DNA from: Candidatus Nomurabacteria bacterium
GTDB taxonomy: Bacteria; Patescibacteriota; Minisyncoccia; Phycocordibacterales; UBA9973
Direction: 5' to 3'
DNA: 64,000 nt
Assembly: GCA_963832025.1 (NCBI GenBank)
Contig: CAWHSF010000003.1
Location: 366,121 to 430,120, forward strand
Notes under the pieces: generated by a model
Database searches by the model: none
What the model was told of the DNA's origin: nothing
What the model saw: the letters and a program-made list of their open reading frames with translations, nothing else
Shown: positions 17,610 to 26,115 of the stretch, in pieces
Layout: each line of letters opens with the position of its first letter
Position numbering within the stretch: the stretch's first letter is position 1
Position numbers and translations under genes: made by a program

Positions 17610-18521
17610 ATGGCAAATAGGCACCTTTCTAGATCAATAGTTCTTCAGACACTTTTTGAGTTGGATTTTTCCGGTGACAAAAAGCCCGACACTGACGAGG
17701 CATTAAAAAGAAATTTAAAAGAATTTGCTCCTGGGCACGAAGATGATGCTTTTGTTTTTTCTCTTTTAGGTCAAGTTATAAAAAAACAAGTGGTGATTGA
17801 TGAAATCATAGAAAAAGCGGCGCCAGATTGGCCGATTAATAAAATATCTGTGATTGATAGAAATATTTTACGCATTGGGTTGACTGAGCTTCTCTTTGGT
17901 GACCGCAAAGAAGTGCCCCCCAAAGTAGCGATAAACGAAGCGATAGAATTGGCGAAAACTTTCGGTGGCGAAAATTCCGGCAAGTTCGTAAATGGTGTGC
18001 TTGGCGCGGTTTATAAAGAAATCGGCGAACCGGGGAAAGAACAAATAAGTAAAAAAAAGAAAATGGAAGAGCCTGTCGATATAAAGCAACTGCCGGTGGA
18101 AACTCTGGGTGGCGCTTTGGTATATGGGAGAAAAGATGATAAACCGGATGGTGAAATTTTATTTGCCTTGGTCCATGATGTTTTTGGTTATTGGACTTTG
18201 TCCAAGGGCAAAGTGGAAGCAGGAGAAGACGTGAAGGCCGGTACGGTAAAAATTATCAAAAAAGAAATCGGCTTGGATGTCACGATTGAAGAAAGACTCG
18301 GAAACAATGAATACGTCGCCACTCATCCGCAAACCGGAAAAAGTCTTAAAAAAGTGGTTTACTTTTTAGCCCAGAGTGATTACAAAGAACTTGAATTGGA
18401 AAAATCCGGTGGGTTGGATGGCGCTCGCTGGTTTTCACTTTCCGCCATTCACGAATTGCGTATTTACAATGATATTATTCCGCTGATTAGCAAAGCAGTA
18501 GATATTATCACTAAAAAATAA
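17610..18521 (+). CDS. nusB: NusB antitermination factor fused to a C-terminal Nudix-fold domain with a degenerate Nudix box
   Basis: NusB part: RSIVLQTLFELDF...IDRNILRIGLTELLF...PPKVAINEAIELAKTFGGENSGKFVNGVLG. Nudix-like part: GKVEAGEDVKAGTVKIIKKEIGL. The Gx5Ex7 spacing is kept, but REUxEE reads KIIKKE. Confidence 0.8.
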   Translation: MANRHLSRSIVLQTLFELDFSGDKKPDTDEALKRNLKEFAPGHEDDAFVFSLLGQVIKKQVVIDEIIEKAAPDWPINKISVIDRNILRIGLTELLFGDRKEVPPKVAINEAIELAKTFGGENSGKFVNGVLGAVYKEIGEPGKEQISKKKKMEEPVDIKQLPVETLGGALVYGRKDDKPDGEILFALVHDVFGYWTLSKGKVEAGEDVKAGTVKIIKKEIGLDVTIEERLGNNEYVATHPQTGKSLKKVVYFLAQSDYKELELEKSGGLDGARWFSLSAIHELRIYNDIIPLISKAVDIITKK

Positions 18522-18527
18522 ATATTT

Positions 18528-19223
18528 ATGATACAATTTTCCGATTTTGAAAAAAAAATAAAAGTAGTTTTTAAAAATAAAAATTTATTAAAACAAGCCT
18601 TTACGCACCGTTCTTTTATTAATGAAAATCCGGCTACATCTTTGTCACACAATGAACGCCTGGAATTTTTAGGCGATGCAGTTTTGGAACTTATCGTCAC
18701 TGATTTTCTTTACAAAAAATATCCACAATATGCGGAAGGAGAATTGACCGCTCTTCGTTCGGCGCTCGTGAACGCGATTATTATTTCTGAAATTGCTTCG
18801 CAAATCGGAATGAATGATTATCTGCTTTTGTCTAAAGGTGAGGCTAAGGATTTTGGGAAGGCCAGAATGTATATTTTGGCGAATACTTACGAAGCATTGG
18901 TTGGAGCTATGTATATAGACGCTGGCTATGAAGTCACGAATAAATTTATCACCAAAACTCTTTTGCCGAAGACTGAAGAAATTGTGAACAAAAAACTTTG
19001 GCGCGATGCGAAATCTCTAGTGCAAGAAAAAGCGCAGGAATTTGTTTCCGTTACTCCGGCTTATAAAGTGTTACTGCAATCAGGGCCCGACCACGATAAG
19101 CATTTTACGGTCGGTATTTTCTTTGGGGGAGATTTGGTTGCTGAAGGCAAAGGCAAATCAAAACAAGAAGCTGAACAATCAGCCGCTCTATGCGCATTAA
19201 AAAACAAAAACTGGTTAGATTAA
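18528..19223 (+). CDS. rnc: Ribonuclease III
   Basis: Signature NERLEFLGDAVLELIV, plus ANTYEALVGAMYID and a C-terminal dsRBD (GPDHDKHFTV...GKGKSKQEAEQSAA). Confidence 0.9.
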   Translation: MIQFSDFEKKIKVVFKNKNLLKQAFTHRSFINENPATSLSHNERLEFLGDAVLELIVTDFLYKKYPQYAEGELTALRSALVNAIIISEIASQIGMNDYLLLSKGEAKDFGKARMYILANTYEALVGAMYIDAGYEVTNKFITKTLLPKTEEIVNKKLWRDAKSLVQEKAQEFVSVTPAYKVLLQSGPDHDKHFTVGIFFGGDLVAEGKGKSKQEAEQSAALCALKNKNWLD

Positions 19224-19245
19224 AATATGGTACTATAGATGAGTT

Positions 19246-21417
19246 ATGCGTCTCAAGACCCTTCAATTAAATGGTTTTAAATCATTTGCCCAAAAGACAG
19301 TTTTAGAATTCGAAAGCCCTATTGTTTCCATCGTCGGGCCCAATGGATCCGGAAAATCCAATATTGTGGAAGCTTTTCGTTTTGTCTTAGGTGAACAATC
19401 CATGAAATCCATGCGCGGAAAGGGTGGTTCAGACCTTGTGTTTAAGGGTTCAAAAAAACTGTCAGCCGGTTCTAAAGCTTCTGTCTCTATTTATTTTAAT
19501 AACACCGATAAGGTGTTTAAATTATCCAACGACGGAGGAGATGAAATAAATCTAAATTACGACACCATTTCTATTTCTCGCGAAGTTTACTCCGACGGAC
19601 TTAACAAATATATTTTAAATGGTTCGGAGGTTAGACTGAAAGATATTCACAATTTGCTTGCCTCGGTGAACATCGGTTCTTCCGGACACCATATCATCTC
19701 TCAAGGCGAGGCAGACAGAATTTTAAATGCAAACACGAAAGACAGGCGTGAGATGGTTGAGGATGCGCTTGGATTGAAAATCTATCAATATAAAATTAAA
19801 GAATCAGAAAGAAAACTGGAAAAGACAAATGAGAACATGAAAGAAGTTGTTCTTCAGCGTCGAGAAAATGTTCCGCATTTGAATTTTTTGAAAAAACAGG
19901 TAGAGAAATTTGAAAAGACGAAAGAAATGCAATCGGAGCTAGCAGTTCTCTATAAAGAATATTTAAAAAAGGAAAGTGTTTACTTAGAACAAGAAAAAGA
20001 AGCGCTCGGAGCAGAGAGAAAAAAAATTTCAACTGAGTTAAAGAGCGTGGATGAGAAAATTTCTATTATTGAGGACAATGACCCCCTCCGTCATTCTGAC
20101 ACCTCCCCCTTATTAAGGGGGAGGATTGGTGGGAGTTCTTCTTTAGAAGAACTCAGACTGCTCGAGCAGAAAATAAATTCTTTACGAGCAAGTAGAGGAG
20201 AACTTGAACGTAAACTCGGACGCATTGAAGGAATCTTGGAATCTAGAGCAAATAAAGTTCAAATTTCTGGTAGGTGTCCGCTTTGTGGTAGTGAAATTAA
20301 AGAAAATGCCGAGCAGATAGAAAAAAAACATAATGAAGAAAAAGAACTTGAAGAATTAAAAGTCTCACAAGCAAATGCGTTATCGGAAATAAAAAAGATT
20401 GAAGCGGAAGAAAAAGAGGGAATCAGTTCGGCGGAAAAATTGAAACAGGACATAAACAAGGAGATGGAAGCTTTGCGTGATTTGGAACGCGAGAAATTTG
20501 CTTTCAAAGTGCGTCACCAGGAGCTAACGTCTGCCTTAGAACTCGTAGTTATTAAGGAAGGGAATTTACATAGTCGCACAGAGGCTTTTGAACAAGAAAT
20601 AAAAGAAGGCGCAGTCTTGATCGGACAAGAAATTTATTCTTATAAAACTTATGAAGTCACAGAAGATGTTTTGGGTCATATTCAAGAAGAGCAGAGAAAA
20701 AAAATTGAACGTATCAAGATAAAATTGGAAGATACCGGTTTGGGGAATGGAGCCGAGCTTATGAAAGAATTTCAAGAAGTCTCCGAACGAGATCAGTTTT
20801 TGGCAAAAGAGATGGAAGATTTGGAGAAAAGCATCGAATCATTGAAAAAATTGATTGCAGACTTGAAAGAAAAAATTGACATAGAATTTAAAGAAGGCGT
20901 GAAAAAAATAAATGTGGAGTTCCAGGAATTTTTCTCGCTGATGTTTGGCGGAGGGCACGGTTCTCTTTCTATTATTGAAATTAAAAAGAGAAAAGTGAAT
21001 GAAGTGGATGAGGATGGGGAGGAGATAACTGAGATGGAAGATGAAGAAGACGAAATGCCGGAAAAAGGAATAGAAATAAATGTTTCTTTGCCGCATAAAA
21101 AAGTGAAAGAACTGAATGCTTTTTCGGGCGGAGAACGCTCGCTCACATCTATCGCGCTTCTGTTCGCCATGTCGCAAGTGAATCCGCCACCGTTTCTGGT
21201 GCTGGATGAGACAGATGCCGCGCTCGATGAATCAAATTCCCGTAAATACGGCGATATGCTTGAAAAACTTTCCGAACATTCTCAGCTTGTCGTTGTTACC
21301 CACAATCGCGAGACGATGTCTCGCGCCGGGATACTTTACGGCATCACTATCGGTTCCGACGAAGCTTCCAAACTTCTTTCTGTAAAATTCGAAGAAGCCA
21401 CGCAGATTGCAAAATAG
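19246..21417 (+). CDS. smc: SMC-family ATPase, short (723 aa) and hingeless, with a central CPLC motif
   Basis: N-terminal head: GFKSFAQKTVLEFESPIVSIVGPNGSGKSNIVEAFRFVLGEQS. C-terminal head: FSGGERSLTSIALLFAM...FLVLDETDAALD...VVTHNRETM. About 375 aa of Lys/Glu-rich coiled-coil-like sequence with GRCPLCGSE at aa 342-350 and no hinge-like Gly-rich domain. Confidence 0.8.
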   Translation: MRLKTLQLNGFKSFAQKTVLEFESPIVSIVGPNGSGKSNIVEAFRFVLGEQSMKSMRGKGGSDLVFKGSKKLSAGSKASVSIYFNNTDKVFKLSNDGGDEINLNYDTISISREVYSDGLNKYILNGSEVRLKDIHNLLASVNIGSSGHHIISQGEADRILNANTKDRREMVEDALGLKIYQYKIKESERKLEKTNENMKEVVLQRRENVPHLNFLKKQVEKFEKTKEMQSELAVLYKEYLKKESVYLEQEKEALGAERKKISTELKSVDEKISIIEDNDPLRHSDTSPLLRGRIGGSSSLEELRLLEQKINSLRASRGELERKLGRIEGILESRANKVQISGRCPLCGSEIKENAEQIEKKHNEEKELEELKVSQANALSEIKKIEAEEKEGISSAEKLKQDINKEMEALRDLEREKFAFKVRHQELTSALELVVIKEGNLHSRTEAFEQEIKEGAVLIGQEIYSYKTYEVTEDVLGHIQEEQRKKIERIKIKLEDTGLGNGAELMKEFQEVSERDQFLAKEMEDLEKSIESLKKLIADLKEKIDIEFKEGVKKINVEFQEFFSLMFGGGHGSLSIIEIKKRKVNEVDEDGEEITEMEDEEDEMPEKGIEINVSLPHKKVKELNAFSGGERSLTSIALLFAMSQVNPPPFLVLDETDAALDESNSRKYGDMLEKLSEHSQLVVVTHNRETMSRAGILYGITIGSDEASKLLSVKFEEATQIAK
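20102..20124. repeat. Family B palindrome inside smc
   Basis: cctccccctt-att-aagggggagg, with GC-rich flanks. Translated as [11 protein letters not shown]. Confidence 0.85.
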
Positions 21418-21423
21418 TTTTTC

Positions 21424-22059
21424 ATGAATAAAGAAATAAAAAATTTAATAGATTTTCATAAAAAAGCAGAGAAACTTAAAATTACAACTCGCCATTCTTG
21501 GCTCAGTAATCCGAAAAGACAAGAAAGCGTGGCAGAACATTCTTGGATGCTATGTCTCTTGGCGATTATCCTTTCGGATAAATTGACTAAAAAAATAGAT
21601 TTACTCAAAGTCTTGAAGATGCTTACGATTCACGACCTAGCGGAATCGGTTACTGGTGATATACCGTCTTGGGAGATATCTACTCGTCAAAAAAATAAAT
21701 ATAAATACGAAAAAAAAGCTTTTAAAAAAATCGTAGCTGACTTGCCAAAAAATAAAGCAAAAGAGATAATTTCTCTCTGGGAGGAGTTTGAAGAAAATAA
21801 AACAAAGGAGGCAAAATTTGCTAATTCTCTAGACAAAATTGAAGTTGTTATGCAACATAACATTGCAGATATTTCTACTTGGGACCACGGCGATTACGAT
21901 GCAAGCCCTTATTATAAGGATGAATATTTTGATTTTGATCCGTTCATGCGAGCTTTGAGAGATGTGGTGAGTATTCAGGGAATGCAAAAAGTAATTAAAG
22001 CCAAAACGGAAAATAGATTGGATAAAAAACACTTAGAAAGATATAAAAGGAAAACTTAA
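21424..22059 (+). CDS. HD-domain phosphohydrolase (YfbR-like 5-prime-nucleotidase family)
   Basis: Motifs ESVAEHSWMLCLLA and IHDLAESVTGDIP (H...HD...D metal ligands). Confidence 0.7.
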   Translation: MNKEIKNLIDFHKKAEKLKITTRHSWLSNPKRQESVAEHSWMLCLLAIILSDKLTKKIDLLKVLKMLTIHDLAESVTGDIPSWEISTRQKNKYKYEKKAFKKIVADLPKNKAKEIISLWEEFEENKTKEAKFANSLDKIEVVMQHNIADISTWDHGDYDASPYYKDEYFDFDPFMRALRDVVSIQGMQKVIKAKTENRLDKKHLERYKRKT

Positions 22060-24002
22060 TTTTTCGTCATTTGAAAAACCACTTTTTGTTCTTTGCCAGG
22101 AATTAATTTTTCCAATTGAAAGGCGGAGTTTAGTTGAGTCGTATCTTTTTGCACAGTCATTGATCCGTCTTTATATAATTTCATTTGCAGAATCATACCT
22201 TGCATGGTGTTTGCGCTGAAGGATTGGTCAAAAACCAGGTTGCCGAGCGAGTAAGCGATGTATCCATTTTTGTAGACTTCTGTGTCTTGCACTACGTGCG
22301 GATGAGAACCGATGACTATTTTTGCTCCGTCATCAATGGCTTCATGCGCAAGCTCTTCTTGTCTCGCATTATGCTCCGTTTGATATTCATCACCAAAATG
22401 AAATGAAACGACAAGGTCATCCACTTGTTTTGAAGCATTTTTTATTATCTCGTCAAAATTAGGATCGCTAGCAAGCAAAATTCCCGGTGTGCCTTGTCCT
22501 GAGCCAGCCGAAGGATTATCTCCCACAGCCATATCATTTGGTCCGACATCCGAGAAAGCCAGAAAGCCGATCTTCATTCCATATTTATTTATAATTGTGG
22601 GCGTTTCAGCTGCTGCTTGATTCAACCCTCCTCCGATATAAGCAATTTCATTTTCGGTTAAACGCGACAAGGTGTCTGTGAAAGCGGGAATTCCCCAGTC
22701 TCCGATATGATTATTGGCGACGGATAAAATATTAAAACCAGCGCCTGCCAGGGCTGGCGCCACCGCTGGATCCATTCTAAAAGAATATAAATTATGTTTA
22801 TCAACTCCTTGGTCTGAGATGGTTCCTTCTAAGTTTGCAAAAGAAATATCTGAATTTTTAAACACATTCAAATTTTCAAAAATTGCCGAGTAGTCGTCAT
22901 TGAAATTTTTTAAGACAGAGTTTTTCACTCCGCGGTCAAGCATGATGTCGCCCCCAAAAGCCATGGTCACAAAATCCGGTTCGGTAATATCCGGAGAGCC
23001 GACTTTTTCTTGCACCCAATTTGTGTTTGCGTCCGCCAGTCCGCCGTAATATATATTTTTGTTTAAATATTTTAAAATAGTTTCCACGTCTTTTTTTCGG
23101 TCGGTGCTTTGCAGTAAGGTGATAGCGATGGGTCGATAACCAGTTTGTCCTAAAGGTAAATCAAAAATAGCCACGACGGTTTGTAGGGCTGCGTCGGTGT
23201 AGCCTTCTTTTCCTCCAGCATAGCCTTCTTGGCCCACAAACTGGCTGATGTTTGACCAGCTTTGTTTTTTGTCCGAGTAACTTCGAAGAGTTGTGATGTG
23301 AAATAAATTCGGATAATTTTGGATGATATATCCGGTAAGTTTAAATAAATCGGAAGTGGTCGACTGGTTGTTTTCCGAAAGGCCACTCGGGTCTTCAAAA
23401 GAAGTAGAATCCATTTTTAGATTCTCGGCTTCTTCGTTCATTTTTGCGATAAAATTTTGTTTCCCAAAATATTCTGCCAAGACTTCGGCGGCGCTGTTGC
23501 TGGACTCCAAAAGCAGGGGATAAATCAGATTTGAAATTGTCAGTTTTTGTCCAGACTTGAGTTCGCCATTTTTCCCTTCGTTTTTGCCTTCAATGGTCAG
23601 AGCTGTTTTGGTTACTTGCGCAGTGTCGGTCGGACTCATTATTTCGGTAGTGACCAGCGCAGTCATCAGTTTTGAAACGGAAGCCATCGGATATTTTGTG
23701 TCTTGGTTTTTTGACAAGATGACTTCTCCGGTATTTAAATCTCCGACCAAAAAAGCTTTAGCCGAAACCTTTGGTTGCCCGCTCGTGTCCTTATTTACAT
23801 AAAAATATTGAGTGCTTGCGACATCCGGAGTTGTTACCGGAGTGGGCTCGACTGTTGTCGCAACATTCGCCTGTGCAGACAAGTTTTCTTTTTGTCCTGT
23901 AATTCCTATGTGTGGAATATTTGTAAAAAATAACGATGCTACGAAAACACCAAGAATAACAGGAGGAATTGTCCAAAATATTGCTTTTATTTTCTTTGAC
24001 AT
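22056..24002 (-). CDS. Fusion of an S11 D-alanyl-D-alanine carboxypeptidase domain and a CapA/PGA-type metallophosphoesterase domain, with an N-terminal TM anchor
   Basis: N-terminal TM helix. SxxK (ASVSKLMTA) and SxN (ESSNSAAE) motifs. Then CapA-like MAFGGDIMLDRGV, FANLEGTIS, SVANNHIGDWG, VSFHFGDEY and GSHPHVVQ. Confidence 0.75.
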   Translation of the reverse strand: MSKKIKAIFWTIPPVILGVFVASLFFTNIPHIGITGQKENLSAQANVATTVEPTPVTTPDVASTQYFYVNKDTSGQPKVSAKAFLVGDLNTGEVILSKNQDTKYPMASVSKLMTALVTTEIMSPTDTAQVTKTALTIEGKNEGKNGELKSGQKLTISNLIYPLLLESSNSAAEVLAEYFGKQNFIAKMNEEAENLKMDSTSFEDPSGLSENNQSTTSDLFKLTGYIIQNYPNLFHITTLRSYSDKKQSWSNISQFVGQEGYAGGKEGYTDAALQTVVAIFDLPLGQTGYRPIAITLLQSTDRKKDVETILKYLNKNIYYGGLADANTNWVQEKVGSPDITEPDFVTMAFGGDIMLDRGVKNSVLKNFNDDYSAIFENLNVFKNSDISFANLEGTISDQGVDKHNLYSFRMDPAVAPALAGAGFNILSVANNHIGDWGIPAFTDTLSRLTENEIAYIGGGLNQAAAETPTIINKYGMKIGFLAFSDVGPNDMAVGDNPSAGSGQGTPGILLASDPNFDEIIKNASKQVDDLVVSFHFGDEYQTEHNARQEELAHEAIDDGAKIVIGSHPHVVQDTEVYKNGYIAYSLGNLVFDQSFSANTMQGMILQMKLYKDGSMTVQKDTTQLNSAFQLEKLIPGKEQKVVFQMTKN

Positions 24003-24003
24003 C

Positions 24004-25998
24004 TTATACTAAAATATAATCTATTGTTTTTCTTTCTAAATCAACTGCCTTCACTTTTATTTTTATTTTATCTCCCAAGCGATAGTGTTTTTTCTTTTTC
24101 TGCCCGATTAGTTCCAATTTTTTTTCATTGAAAACATAAAAATCGTCTTGCAGATCTCGCATTCGCACCAACCCTTCGCATTTTGTGTCTATTTCTTCCA
24201 CATACATGCCCCACTCTGTCATTCCGCTAATTACTCCTTCAAAAATTTTTCCTAAACGCTTACTCATGTATTCCACTTGTTTATATTTTATGGAAGCGCG
24301 TTCCGCATCCGAAGCGCGTTTTTCTTGCTCGGAAGCTATTCTACTCATCTTTTCAAATTCAATTAACTTTCCGACACTATTTTTTTTCTTAGCTAAATGA
24401 TCGGCCAACAACCTATGAATCATAATGTCCGGATATCGGCGAATCGGAGAAGTGAAATGCGTGTAGTGTTTAAATGCGAGTCCGTAATGTCCGATATTTT
24501 TCGTGGAATAAATGGCTTTGGCCATAGACCTTATCACTGCACGTTGCACAGTGTCTCTGACTGTCTCATTTGCACTTTTTCCTTCCAAACTTTCCAAGAG
24601 TTTATTTATTTCATGCGTTGGGATAATTCCATTTTGCAAAGAAATTTTATATCCCAAACTTTTCAGGAAAAATGCCAAGTCAGCCATTTTTTCTTTAGAG
24701 GGCAAGTCATGTACTCTATATATTGAGACGTTGTCATTTTCCGCCTCTCCGGCGGATCGCCGATGAGGCGATTTGGGAGACAAAACTTCGGCTACTTTTT
24801 TATTCGCCAAAAGCATGAATTCTTCAATTAGTTTATTTGAATCGCCGCGTTCTTTTTTAATTACTTTTATCGGCACACCTTTTTCATCTAAGACAAATTT
24901 TACTTCTTCTTGGTCGAGCGATATCGCGCCGGAGGCAAACCTTTGCTTGGTTAATTTTTTTGCCAAATTATTTAAAATGGAAAGTTCTTTATGGAGAGGA
25001 GAGCCTACTTTATGAATGGAAATTTCTGCTTCTTCGTAAGTAAATCTTTTTTGTGAATGAATTATCGTGCGTCCAAACCATTCGCTTTGCACTTGCGCAT
25101 TCTTATCAATTACAAAAACCGCGCTCATCGTCAGCCGGTCTTTATGGGGAACCAAACTACATAAATCATTGGAAAGAATTTCCGGCAACATCGGTATCGT
25201 TCTGTCCACCAAATAAACCGAAGTTCCTCTTTCACGTGCTTCTATATCTAGCGCACTGCCCACTTTGACATAATGTGACACATCGGCAATATGAACTCCG
25301 ATTTCATAGACCTCACCCCCTAGCCCCCTCTCCTTGTCAAGGAGAGGGGGAAGAATTTTGAAAGAAATTGCATCATCAAAATCTTTCGCGTCCGAGGGGT
25401 CAATCGTGAAAGTCAAAATTTTTCTAAAATCACGGCGTCCCGCATAATCACTTTCTTTGATTCCGGCTTGTTTTATTTTTCTCGCTTCTTCTTCCACTTT
25501 ATGCGGTAGCTCCGAATCAAAACCTTTTTCCATGGCGATGGAATGCATTTCCGTGTTATTATCGCCGGGACGTCCTAAAATTTTTACCACTTTTCCGAGC
25601 GGAGCCTTTTTGGCGTCCAACCACGAAATTATTTCCACAAATACTTTTTGCCCAAGCTTGGCACCATTTAATGATTCTTTTGGAATTAAAATATCGGTAT
25701 AAATTTTCGTATCATCGGGTCGCAAAAAAGTCATTCCATTTTCTGTCTCTAAAACTCCGGAAAAACCGATTTTTGCGCGAGAAATTATTTTTGTGACTTC
25801 ACCATTTGTGCGATTTTTATTTTTTGGATGAAGAATTATCTCCACCGTGTCTCCATGCAGGGCAGTATTTAAATGCCTCCCATCAATTTCTATATCTTCT
25901 CCATTTTTAGCGATTTTGTCGTCCAAAAGCTTTACGTAGCCTGTGCCCTTTGAGGAGATGGAAATGGTGCCGTGTAACTTATTTGTAAATCCTTTCAT
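24004..25998 (-). CDS. rnr: Ribonuclease R. The ATG at 25998 is preferred over the upstream TTG at 26034.
   Basis: Cold-shock-like N-terminus, RNB motifs (TIDPSDAKDFDDAIS, VHIADVSHYV, RGTSVYLVDRTIPMLP, HFTSPIRRYPD) and a C-terminal S1 domain (FEGVISGMTEWGMYVE). Confidence 0.9.
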   Translation of the reverse strand: MKGFTNKLHGTISISSKGTGYVKLLDDKIAKNGEDIEIDGRHLNTALHGDTVEIILHPKNKNRTNGEVTKIISRAKIGFSGVLETENGMTFLRPDDTKIYTDILIPKESLNGAKLGQKVFVEIISWLDAKKAPLGKVVKILGRPGDNNTEMHSIAMEKGFDSELPHKVEEEARKIKQAGIKESDYAGRRDFRKILTFTIDPSDAKDFDDAISFKILPPLLDKERGLGGEVYEIGVHIADVSHYVKVGSALDIEARERGTSVYLVDRTIPMLPEILSNDLCSLVPHKDRLTMSAVFVIDKNAQVQSEWFGRTIIHSQKRFTYEEAEISIHKVGSPLHKELSILNNLAKKLTKQRFASGAISLDQEEVKFVLDEKGVPIKVIKKERGDSNKLIEEFMLLANKKVAEVLSPKSPHRRSAGEAENDNVSIYRVHDLPSKEKMADLAFFLKSLGYKISLQNGIIPTHEINKLLESLEGKSANETVRDTVQRAVIRSMAKAIYSTKNIGHYGLAFKHYTHFTSPIRRYPDIMIHRLLADHLAKKKNSVGKLIEFEKMSRIASEQEKRASDAERASIKYKQVEYMSKRLGKIFEGVISGMTEWGMYVEEIDTKCEGLVRMRDLQDDFYVFNEKKLELIGQKKKKHYRLGDKIKIKVKAVDLERKTIDYILV
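25324..25350. repeat. Family B-like palindrome inside rnr
   Basis: ccccctctcctt-gtc-aaggagaggggg (12-bp stems). Translated on the minus strand as PPLLDKERGLGG, between the DDAIS and VHIADVSHY motifs. Confidence 0.8.
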
Positions 25999-26041
25999 AT
26001 TTATAAGCATACTATATAAGGCTAAATTACCCAAACTGAGC

Positions 26042-26070
26042 TTGACATTTTAGGCTGGATATGCTATACT
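26042..26070 (+). promoter_or_regulatory. Consensus sigma70-type promoter for the GC-rich gene
   Basis: TTGACA (26042-26047), a 17-nt spacer, then TATACT (26065-26070). RBS gaggaggt at ~26102-26109. Confidence 0.7.
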
Positions 26071-26115
26071 TATCGAGAATAAATTTCTGCGCCCAGAGGG
26101 CGAGGAGGTAGCACC

